Assembly: GCA_020536535.1 (NCBI GenBank)
Contig: JAHLWZ010000960.1
Coordinates: 1 to 37,939, forward strand
DNA: 37,939 nucleotides
Origin: Pelomyxa schiedti
Taxonomy: Eukaryota; Protista; Evosea
Direction: 5' to 3'
Shown: positions 11,419 to 22,200 of the stretch, in pieces
Layout: every line of letters starts with the position of its first letter
Numbering within the stretch: the stretch's first letter is position 1
Notes under the pieces: model-generated
The model's database searches: none
What the model was told of the DNA's origin: nothing
What the model saw: only the letters and a program-made list of their open reading frames with translations
Made by a program: the position numbers and the translations under genes

Positions 11419-14319
11419 TGTGCGCGTGATTCAACCAACTCATGACACTGTGAGGGGTGGGGGGGAGGGGGGGGATGCCACGTTTTTTTTGTCTGGGACT
11501 TTAACAAACAAAACAAACAGAGATTTGGTTTGAGGTGAAGTGCATTGGGTTGGGGCACCCCAAGTTGTTCAAGCATCAGTCATATGTACTCAAGGCCCTT
11601 TTCAATTATGGTTTCACTGCTGCAACAACAAGTGTTGATAATGACTTTGAGGCATTGCGTCTTCTTCTGCTTTTGGTTTTTGGGACTTGTTTTCATTTGT
11701 TTTTGTCTTGAGCTGCTTTTTATTTATCACCACCACCCTCACCTTTTTTTTTTCTGTGCCTGTGTGTCCTCCTGACTTCTTTTTTCCTCCTCTCCTCAGA
11801 ATGAGAACATTGTTGCTTCAGTTTCAGATGCACACCAACCAAACCAATATCTTTGCCACTTCACAGACTGCATCCCACAAGAGTATTTCAACCACCTTCC
11901 GCCAGCCACAAAGGAGCTTGCATTTGACCCAGTGCACAACAGGACACGTGAGTGTGTGTGGGTTGTCGTTGAGCATCACTCTGAGACATGGGACCAATTT
12001 CTAGCTCACATTGATCATCCCCAGGACATGCATGACCATGGGGTGTGTTATGAAAGAGGCAATGGTGTTGACAAGTATCAGAGGGCTGCTGATGCTGGTG
12101 ACACTATCGCAATGTGCAACCTTGCTGCATGTTATTACAATGGTGATGGTGTTCCCAAACACATTCATAAGGCAGTGTCACTGTGGCAGAGGGCTGCTGG
12201 TTCTGGTGATGCCAAAGCAATGCACAACCTTGGTGAATGTTATCAAAATGGCATTGGTGTTCACAAGGATGTTAACAAGGCAGTGTTGTTGTATCAGAGG
12301 GCTGTTGATGCTGGTGACATCAATGCAATGTGCAACCTTGGTTTGTGTTATGAACTTGGCAATGGTGTTGACAAGGATGTTCACAAGGCAGTGTCACTGT
12401 TCCAGAGGGCTGCTGGTGCTGGCCATTCCAAGGCAATGCACTACCTTGGTTTGTGTTATGAAAGAGGCAATGGTGTTGACAAGGACATTCACAAGGCAGT
12501 GTCACTGTTCCAGAGGGCTGCTGATGCTGGTGATGCCAACGCAATGCGCCACCTTGGTTGGTGTTATGACAATGGTGAGGGTGTTGACAGGGATACCAGC
12601 AAGGCAGTCACACTGTATCAGAGGGCTGTTGATGCTGGTGATGCCATGGCAATGTTCAACCTTGGTTTGTGTTATCAAAATGGCGATGGTGTTGACAGGG
12701 ATCTGAGCAAAGCAGTGTCACTGTATCAGAGGGCTGTTGATGCTGGTGACACCAACGCAATGTGCAACCTTGGTTTGTGTTATGAAAGAGGCAATGGTGT
12801 TTCCAAAGACATTCACAAGGCAGTGGCACTGCACCAGAGGGCTGCTGATGCTGGTAACACCATAGCACTTGGCAACCTTGGTGTATATTATGAATTTGGC
12901 AATGGTGTTGACAAGGACGTTCACAAGGCAGTGTCACTGTATCAGAGGGCTGCTGATGCTGGTGATGCCAAGGCAATGTTTAACCTTGGCTTGTGTTATA
13001 AAAATGGCAAGGGGGTTGACAAGGACATTCACAAAGCAGTGTTGTTGTATCAGAGGGCTGCTGATGCTGGTAATGCCACTGCAATGCGCAACCTTGGTTT
13101 GTGTTATGAAAGAGGCAATGGTATTGACAGGGATGCCAGTAAGGCAGTGTCACTGTATCAGAGGGCTGCTGATGCTGGTGACACCATTGCAATGTCCAAC
13201 CTTGGTTTGTGTTATGAAAGAGGCAATGGTGTTTCCAAAGACATTCACAAGGCGGTGGCACTGCACCAGAGGGCTGCTGATGCTGGTAACACCATAGCAC
13301 TTGGCAACCTTGGTGTATATTATGAATTTGGCAATGGTGTTGACAAGGACGTTCACAAGGCAGTCACACTGTACCAGAGGGCTGTTGATGCTGGTGATGC
13401 CAACGCAATGCACAACCTTGGTTTGTGTTATGAAAATGGCAAGGGGGTTGACAAGGACATTCACAAAGCAGTGTCGTTGTATGAGAGGGCTGCTGATGCT
13501 GGTAATGGCAACGCAATGTTTGGGCTTGGTTTGTGTTATCAAACTGGCAATGGTGTTGAGAAGGATGTTCACAAGGCAGTGCCACTGTATCAGAGGGCTT
13601 CTGATGCTGGTATTCCCTGCGCCATGTACAACCTCGGTGTGTGTTATGAAAGAGGCAAAGGTGTTTACCAAGACATTCACAAGGCAGTGTCACTGTATCA
13701 GAGGGCTGCTGATGCTGGTGATGCGAAGGCAATGTACAACCTTGGTTTGTGTTATAAAAATGGCAACGGTGTTGACATGGACATTCACAAGGCAGTGTCA
13801 CTGTATCAGAGGGCTGCTGATGCTGGTAATGCCACTGCAATGTGCAACCTTGGCTACTGTTATTACAAGGGTGATTGTGTTGACAAGGACATTCACAAGG
13901 CAGTGTCACTGTATCAGAGGGCTGCTGATGCTGGTAGTGTCATTGCAATGTGCAACCTTGCTGACTGTTATGAAAATGGTGATGGTGTTGACAAGGACAT
14001 TCACAAGGCAGTGTCACTGTATCAGAGGGCTGTTGATGCTGGTGATGCCATTGCAATGTGCAACCTTGGTGAATGTTATGAAAGAGGCAAAGGTGTTTCC
14101 ATGGACATTCACAAGGCAGTCTCACTGTTCCAGAAGGCCGCTGATGGTGGTAGTGCCCAGGCGCTGCACTACCTTGCATTGCGTTACAGCCGAGGTGTGG
14201 ATGGTTTTGCCAAGGACATTCATCAGGCACAGAGACTGTGGCTGAGGGCAGCTTCCCTTGGTAATACTAATGCCATTGTCCAACTCAGAATTCTGAATGT
14301 TGGGAAGCAGTTACATTAA
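11164..14319 (+). CDS. Putatively N-myristoylated protein: PINK1-like kinase N-lobe fused directly to about 21 Sel1-like repeats
   Basis: MGNHES start. Exons at about 11164-11371, 11520-11670 and 11799-14319 give ..ISQARDEIWFEVKC..SYVLKALFNYGFT..DNDFEALRLL..NENIV..YLCHFTDCIP..LPP..RTRECVWVVVEHHSETWDQFL. These are followed by 36-aa repeats of consensus AMxNLGxCYxxGxGVDKDIHKAVSLYQRAADAG. Confidence 0.85.
11372..11428. repeat. Compound microsatellite (GT)n-(CGTG)5 at the 5' end of intron 1
   Basis: Directly visible; the first GT serves as the predicted splice donor. Confidence 0.95.
12030..14280 (+). repeat. Coding tandem array of 108-bp Sel1 units (about 21 copies)
   Basis: Near-identical AAGGCAGTGTCACTGTATCAGAGGGCTGCTGATGCTGGT blocks recur every 108 nt. 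Confidence 0.95.
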
Positions 14320-14711
14320 TTTTCATTTACTCCCTCAAAGGTTGTCTTTACACTGTGGCTAAAACAACTGAACAACACGTTTCCCACATGCACCACCATA
14401 CAACGCCATCGGCGCGTTGACAACGGGGCGCCCTCGGGCCCCACCACCAATACCCCCTTTCCCGGCAATACCCAAAAGAAACATAATTATGCCGCCCTCT
14501 GACGCCACTATAGCCCCGCTTGCTTAACAGTTTCCACGCCCTCGGGCCTTCGCCACTAGCACGCGCCAAGCCGCCACGACGCGGTCTCTTGTATAGGCAG
14601 GCGTGCGGCGCCCTCCCCCCACCCCACGTCGACGTGTGCCGGTTCATGGGTTTTGGTTGATGCCACACGCACGAATTTTCGTGTTGATTTAAATAAGGAA
14701 AAAGTAATAAC

Positions 14712-16256
14712 ATGAAGGGGGCGGCGAGGACTACTACGCCGGGGTCTGATGTCAACGTCAAGGCAGCCATGAGGCAGGCAAAATCCGCCACTACAAAAGG
14801 GAAAAATCCAGCGGACGACAACGCAGCGGCGGGCAAGATCTGCTCTCCTTTAGTCAAGTGAGCGCCGGTGTGTGTGGGGTGTGGCGGAGATCTCTCGTCT
14901 GTGACAAGTGTCTTTTTTTTATTTATTTCCACAGGTATAACGCTGCCGGTAACGCTGTGTGCATCGTATGCAACACGACAATTAAGGATCCTGCTTTGTG
15001 GATGGCACATGCTGCCAGTAAGCAACACAACGAGGTATCCTTCACTTTTTAATTATTCCTATTCAATTATGTCTTTTTTCCCGCAGCAAGTCCTGTACTT
15101 CAAGAACCTCAAGAAACAGCAGCAAGAGGAGCAACGATTACGTGAGGAAGCAGAAAAGGCTAGAAGAGAAGCCGAGGAGGAAGAAAGGAAGAGAAACCCT
15201 CCACCACCACAATTTACTCTTACCGTTTACGAAGAAACTGTTGAAGGTAGTAGTGCAAAACCCTATTCACTCTAACATCCACAAGATGATACCACCCAAA
15301 AACCAAGTCTACCTACTTCCCAAGTACCATCAACAGTAGTCTCTGATGAAAAAGAGGAGGTAAACCAGGAGGATTACATAGTATGTAGTAACCCTAAATC
15401 AGGAGGCTCTTCTGGAACAGTTAGAAACAACCGGTACATTAACTTCTGCCACAGAAGAACCTCCCGCCAGTAGTGAGTTCACTATGCACCGCCCCCCTGG
15501 TGATGATGATGACACTTTCCGCAGACCGAATCCTACTCCGACATCAAGAGACACTGGGGCCCTCCCTGACCTCCCGAAATCATTTTTTGATGACAAAACG
15601 CTTGATGCACGAGCAAGAGGTCTTCGAACTCCTAAGCAAGTTGAGGAAGACCGCTTAAGGTTATCCTTATCTCAAAATTTACAGTAAAGTCTGTACTAAC
15701 CGTCTGACAGACGAGAGATGAGGAACTTCCAACAAATTATAACCCTTGAAAGTTCTCTCGCGGAACAGAAGAACGATGAGATCGCCAGTGCTGCTAGTGG
15801 TATGTATGAGAGTCAATTTCTCTACTAATTACTTTTGCAGGCGAATTTGGCCGCGATGTAGAGCTTGATGCAGAGTTGATGGGTCTCAGAAGCTCTCGCT
15901 CTGTAACTGATAGCTATGGCATGGCTGACAGTGGTGGTGAGGGGGCAATACTGAGCCAAGCGCAATTACAGGCCAAGCTTGAATTATTCAAAGCGAAACA
16001 CAAGCAATTACTGAAGCAAGCCAGTGCTCTCACCAAAACAGCCGCAACAACAACATATACACCAGAACAACCACCCGCTTCAGAAACAACACCCAAGCCA
16101 CAACAAGCAACAACACTGGCACCAGCCGAGACAACAAGAAAACGCGAAGGCAAACCCCTCACAGAGGACAATGATAATGACTTGGAGGAACTATTTGACT
16201 GGAGAGCCAAATGTGCCAAAGTACCCAGGAAACAACAAACCAAAACCAAGAGTTAA
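14712..16256 (+). CDS. ZNF830: Zinc finger protein 830 (CCDC16/OMCG1) homologue, spliceosome-associated
   Basis: Spliced KICSPLVKYNAAGNAVCIVCNTTIKDPALWMAHAASKQH (C2H2 finger; intron 14858-14934), LPKSFFDDKTLDARARG, an acidic coiled coil, and C-terminal ELFDWRAK match the ZNF830 layout as I recall it (FAKYN..C..C..W..H..GKQH; LPEGFFDD...DARVR; DWRAK). Confidence 0.82.
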
Positions 16257-16358
16257 GGAATAAAAGAATAGAATAAGTTTTTTTCTTGTAGAGACCCTAG
16301 TCACTATACATTAAACAATAAAACCACTATTCATATCAGCAGCCAATCCTTGCCATTC

Positions 16359-18692
16359 TTATGAAAGGAGGCTGTTGAGTGATAGTATTTTTTTTGAACC
16401 TGATTCTGTTGCTGATACAAGTTGCCGATGCGGTTTTAGTTGATCCTGGCGTGAGGCGGGGGGTAAAGATGGCGGTGATGATGGAAGCTGGATTATGGGA
16501 GGCAGCTGGTTTGTCGGTGGAGGTGTTGCGGAATTATTTATTGTAGAACTAGTAGTAGTGCTGAAGGATTCTATTTTCTGAGTTGATTCCAACTCAGAAA
16601 TGTCTACTAATCTGTTTTGGAATTAGAAGAGGATAATAAATGGAGTAACTCACTCGTGAAGGTGATTGGGTACTTCGTGAGCCGGAAACTGGGAAGGTCT
16701 TTTGTATGGTCCGGATTCTCGCCGGTGCTATTGATTGGTAAGAAAAGGGGAATTACATGGCCGAGAATACACTTACTCGCTTTATTTTCATCTTCGAAGA
16801 TAATGAGCCGGAAGGTTGAGGCTGTTCATCTTCTGAATTGCCACAACTTCCAGATCCTTCTTCACAGTCATCATTCTGCTGTGGGGGCTGATTGCAACTT
16901 GGTGAAGTTACAATAGCCGGCAGAATATTGCCTGACCCTCGGAAGTTGCAAGGCGGGTTTGGAGGTGGTACACTTGATGCGTAGCCAAGTGCTGTCACGT
17001 AACTTCTTGTTTCAGTGCTGCGGGAAGGAATCGGCACTTTGATAGAATCACAGCTCATCACTCGTTTGGCCTCCAAATTTCTTCCACTGTCAGCGACGCT
17101 GAAGCTGGCACTTTTAGCCAAGGGATTGCTTCCATCCATGGTAGGGAAACTCGGGCACCTGCCAACACTATCTACAGAATCAAAACTGCCATTACGGCTC
17201 ATCTCGGTAGCTGGGGTATCCCGGCAGAAACTCCCCTTCTCACTGAGTGGTGCACATTCAGAAGGATAACTTCCTGTTCTGTATAGGGGCTCCCCTGTGG
17301 AGTTTTCCATCAAACCAGAGTTAGGGTCCGCAATCCCTTTAGGGGATTTTTTCTTGCATGGAGAAGTTGATTCCGCACGCCCCTGTGTATTGGGAGTCTG
17401 AGGGCTATTCATATTTTGTGTAGGTGACAGAGTATTCACAGTATTACGCGGAGTCTTCTGCCCGGCGTTCGAAGCTCTTCTCCGCTTTGGAGGATTCGAT
17501 GCTGGAGGACGCCCTTGGGTTACCGGCTGAGGAGAAGCTGGAACTGCTGGAGGAGGAGGATGAGGACGTCGCTCTTTGAGCATTTCTAGTAATTTATCAG
17601 CTCTCTCTGGGGAGAGCGGCCGATTTTTTTCTGAGCTGCTGGCCTGAGCTAGAGGCTTGGAGGTTTCACATAATGGTAGCTGCGGTTGGCAGGGGGTAAC
17701 TACTGGGCGGTTGGTGTGGGATTCTGTTGAATGATGGTGATGAGAAGGAGGCAGGTAGGAAGGTGGTAATTTGACGTTGTTCAGGAACATATCTCCGAGA
17801 CTTTGCTGTGCGGACAGAGTTCAGTAAAGGAAATTGATATAAGAGGACACACTCGAAGCGGAGGTGGAACTAAGGCAGTCATAGCGTTTAATAGGTGAAC
17901 AGCATCAGAGGCCTTGGCCAGAAAGCGCCGACCTACATATTCTGGCATGTCGCCGCTCTGTTGAGCCTTTATTGACCAACTGTGCAGAGCCAAACTAGTT
18001 TCCTCTATCTGGAAATAACTCAGCATATTTTCACTATACTATCCAAATTACGAAATTATTCCTATCTAGATTATAGATACCAATTTCAGGTGCTGCAAAT
18101 ATGTAGAAGCTGAGGCGGTAGTAACGCTGCTAGTTTGTAATGGCATATTCTCAACTCGGAATGGAAAAGGCCGCCCGGCGCAGCTTCCCCCCACTTGTGC
18201 CAATCCCATAACTCTCCCACTACCCATTGATCCATTAGGGTGCCTACTCGCATTTCCAGTCACATCGGATACTGAGGATGGATGCACAATCACTCGCGGC
18301 GGTTGGTTTACGTTTGGTAGAATCTGTTGTGGTTGTGGCACTATTCCCCGGGAAACCTGTTTCGCGGCGGGTCCCCCCGTCCCACAATTCTGTGTTGTAG
18401 CCGTTGGGGCAGCACCGCTGCTGTTCTTTTGACGACTAGGGGAGGAATTGATATCATGAGGCGACGCTGGGGACACCGACCTGGATGACGACGAGGACCC
18501 GGCGGCGTCATCGCCCTCAGAGGAAGACGATTGTGGGTCACGAATTCCTTGTTGTTGGTTTACTACTGAGTGGTACTGCCGAAAAAACGCTTGCTGCTGT
18601 AAAAGTAACAGTTGTTGCTGTTGCTGTAGGCTGGGTACGGGTTGTGATGGCGCAAACGGCATTGTGGGATGGTGCTGTGCGGTGGGATGCAT
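16359..18692 (-). CDS. Multi-exon, largely disordered Q/S/P-rich protein with one short helical domain; possible transcriptional regulator
   Basis: ORF pieces 18066-18692, 17781-18026, 16753-17790, about 16660-16735 and 16359-16610 join in frame through GT-AG introns (donors GTATCT, GTGTGT, GTAAGT, GTGAGT). It has a poly-Q N-terminus and ends KKILSLNSLLS. The start is uncertain. Confidence 0.7.
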
Positions 18693-19248
18693 GGGGTGTT
18701 GATGAAGGGGTTGTACTGTTCTTTTTTCTGTGTTTTGTGCTTTTGGATAATCCAGTTTGCACTGGTGATTTTCGATTCACCAAATCGTGGAGTCGTTCAT
18801 AGGATGTGCTAAATGAACTTAGCGGAAGGTTACTCTTTGCCGTGAATTGACGAAGTCTGTTTCTAAACCTGGACTCCACAACGAACGGACTTTCGTTGAC
18901 ACGTAAATAAGGCACGTTCCATTTGGTTTTTTGGTTTTTCTCCTTGTTCAGCAACATCACTCTAGATTGCAATTCCACTGTGTTGAAGGATTGTCCTCCA
19001 GGTTCAAGATTAATATGCAAATTTCTCATGGAAACACCAAAGTGCTCCTTGATAGCAACCTGACCAGTCTCAGAAGAGTTCCGAAAATAGAGGCAACTGC
19101 TCATCAACTTTTCAATTTCGTGAAGGGTAACACAACAAAAAACAAACAAGCGACACCGGTTGGTCGTACGTGCGCCGAGATCTACGTTATTAATATATCG
19201 ACATTTAGCAGTGCCGAATTTGCGACTACAGTAGTTTGTGCTTTGCGT

Positions 19249-22200
19249 ATGTCGTCGTCCAGCTCGCAACACGTTTCCGGAGGTGCGACTTTGACGTCGA
19301 GATCTCGCGCTCATTGGGGTCAATATTCTCTTCCTGGAGATGTTCCTAGCGCAGCTCCTTCGCTCAGAAAGACCGACGCCACTTCTTCATCTTCGGCTGT
19401 AAAGAGACAGGCCGCTTCTTCTACTACTGTGAAGAAGCCCGCCCAGAGGCTACTTGGTTCTTCTTCTCTGTCGAAGACTACAGGAGCCAGCACGGCGCCG
19501 AGCACTGCTTCGACAAAGGGGAAATCATCTTACACTAAGCCTGCCACTTCAACTGGCTCTGCGTGTAAGACTACGACGGTGCCAAGGGTAAGTCGAACTC
19601 CCGTGAAGGCTGTCGGTACCTCTACCTCTTCTGTCCACACTGCAACCCCGATGCCACCCAGAGTGACGGGGGCGAAAATTGCGCCCCCTGAGCAAACCCA
19701 ACCTCGCACTTCTATGCAGCAGCAACAAAGAGAGGAAAAGGTGCTACCACAACCTATGTTTCTTTTGAAAAAGAAGAGCCAATCGCAAGTGTCTTCCCAC
19801 GAAGAGTGTGAAGATGATAAAGTCGCAATTCCCAAGCAGATGCAACCCTCACTGGAAGAAGCAAACACCATAGACCCACACCTTCATGGGGAAGAAGAAA
19901 TCCCTCCAGAAATTTTAGCACCCGCACTGCTTATGCAACCAGACCCTCAAGTGGTACAGAGCAATGAGTATGAAGGTATTATCAAATCACCCGATTCACA
20001 ACACGCCGTCCCTCCATCACCAAAGAGGCACAGATCTTCTTTAAGTAGTCCCGCTAAACACCCTCTGCCATTACCCCAACAGACGGCAGACCCGAGTGTA
20101 ACCCCCACACGCAATCAAATACCTGCAGAAACTCCATTTCAATCCCCTACCCTACAAACTGCTGTTTCAACCAAACACATTGCCACACCACATCCCCCAA
20201 ACCCTGTGGAGTCTGACCTTCATCTTTCACAACGCCGAAAAGGAATTATCAGCACTCACCTTCTTCCACCCTCTTATAAGCGGCCTTCTGAACCACTCTC
20301 TGCAAAACCAAACGGCTCGGTTTTCAACCAACCCTCTGTTACTGCACCTAAAACTGACACAATTAAACGAGCACTCGATGAAGAATTTGAGCAGGAATCG
20401 ACTTCAATACAAGCTTTTACCCCTATGTATTCATCTGCCTCTATTAATTAGTTCTCACACACAAAGAAGGCCTGCTCATTCCACAAAGAAGAGCCCATCT
20501 AGCGTATGCCTTCCCTGCTTTCCTATCCTTTCTTAGTAATTTGCCAAATACAGGTAAAAACTACTACACCGACTGCGAAATCGCTCATCCAGCCAGTACA
20601 GTCCCCCACATTCTGTGTTGCCCCACTTGTGCCCTCTATCCCGCCTCTGGTGCCTATTTCTACCTCTAAGCAAGCACAGAGTGTCTTCAAATCTCCCAGT
20701 GTTACATCTTCTCCGCACCTGACCCCAGCCCTTCCTCTTCTTATAACACCACCTCCAATCCCAGTTACTACAGCTCCCACGCCAAGTAAATCAGTATTTA
20801 GCCAAATCCCGCCTACCTCTGTTGTTGTAGAATCAATCGCCCCAAATAGTTCCGCCATAGATCCTTCCAAAAAACTGAAGAGAAATGTCACTTTCGAAGT
20901 TAATTCCTTGCCGCCGCCAACACCTGTACCAGGTTCCATAGAATCAAGAAGAGTATGCATTTGTATGCAGTATTCAATTCTCACGCATTCTAGAAATTAA
21001 CAAAAGTGAGAGCACCTACCCCCTTCAGGCAACCCACAGTAAGTATAAGGCAGTGAGACATTTCTTCTGCTCATATTTTTCAGAAAAAGTACACAGGGCA
21101 AGAAACAACTTCCCGTGAACCTTCATCCAGGCGTGGCTCTATTTCCAGAGAAATTTGTATTGGTGATGAAATAAGTGACAGTACCGACAATGAAGATAGT
21201 GACATGGAAGGACAGGAACTGAAAGAGGAGAATGAAGATGACGTGGAACATAACGAAGAGCAGGAGCAGGAACCGGAACAGGAAGTGGAACTAGATCAAG
21301 ATCAGTACCAGGAAGAGGGTCAAAATCAAGAACAGGAGGAGGAACAGGAAGAGGAACAACAGGAGGAGCATGAGGAAGAGCAAGAACTGGAACCGGTACC
21401 CGACCAGGAGCAACCGGAGGAGCAAGAGGAAGAACCTGAACAAGAAGCTGAGGAGGACGGTGAAGATGTGCCTGAACCGGAGCCAGAGCGGGAGCAAGAG
21501 CAGGAGCAAGAGCAGGAGCTCGAAGAAGACCAGGACCAGGACCAGGAGCCAGCGGAGGATGTGCCAGAAGGGGAGAAGGAACGGGAAGAGGAAGAGGAAG
21601 AGGAAGAGGAAAACGTCGAAGGGCCGGAACTAGCGGAGGTAAATGCAGAGGAAGAAAAACGGGAGCTTGAAGAACAGTACCCTGGAGAGCAGGAGCAAAC
21701 AGATGAGAACCAACCCGCCGAAGAAAATGACCTTGTTCAACCAAGTAGTGAAAGTGTTGATGAAGTGCATCTAGCCGAAGAGGAGGAAGAAGCTGTTCCA
21801 AGTGAACTTGTACATGAGGAGGAAGAACCTGAGCCTGAACAAGAGCCTTTGAATGTTTCCGATGATGAAACTGGAAAGAACATGGCAAAGAATGCCGGAG
21901 ACAATGACAAGGATGTGACCAATGATGCTGAAGAAGTCAATGGTAATAGTCACGAAGAGGAGGACACGGAAACAGTACCTGAAAAAGAAGTACAGAATGA
22001 AAATGATGAAACCAGAAAACCAACTGATTTTCAGAATAGAAGTTGTAAAGCCAACTTACTAGGTATGTTGGGCAAAAAGTGTGTACGTTAAAACCAACAA
22101 ATCCAAGATGAATCTACTTCACCTCCACGAAGACTCTCAGTTCAGCAGACTCCAACTCGTCTGGGTACAACTTCCTTTTAAAAAACAAAACTTTTCTTAT

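Noticed and set aside
12011-14245. Many long alternative-frame and antisense ORFs in the Sel1 array; regular repeats resembling a CRISPR array
   Set aside because: These are shadow ORFs of a biased-codon 108-bp coding repeat. There are no unique spacers and no cas genes.
14348-15028. 226-aa minus-strand ORF
   Set aside because: Antisense to the ZNF830 first exons and GC-rich upstream region, with no domain signal.
18538-19323. 261-aa minus-strand ORF overlapping the 18931 plus ORF
   Set aside because: No recognisable motif. It spans the putative divergent promoter and in-phase low-complexity coding sequence, so it is most likely incidental.
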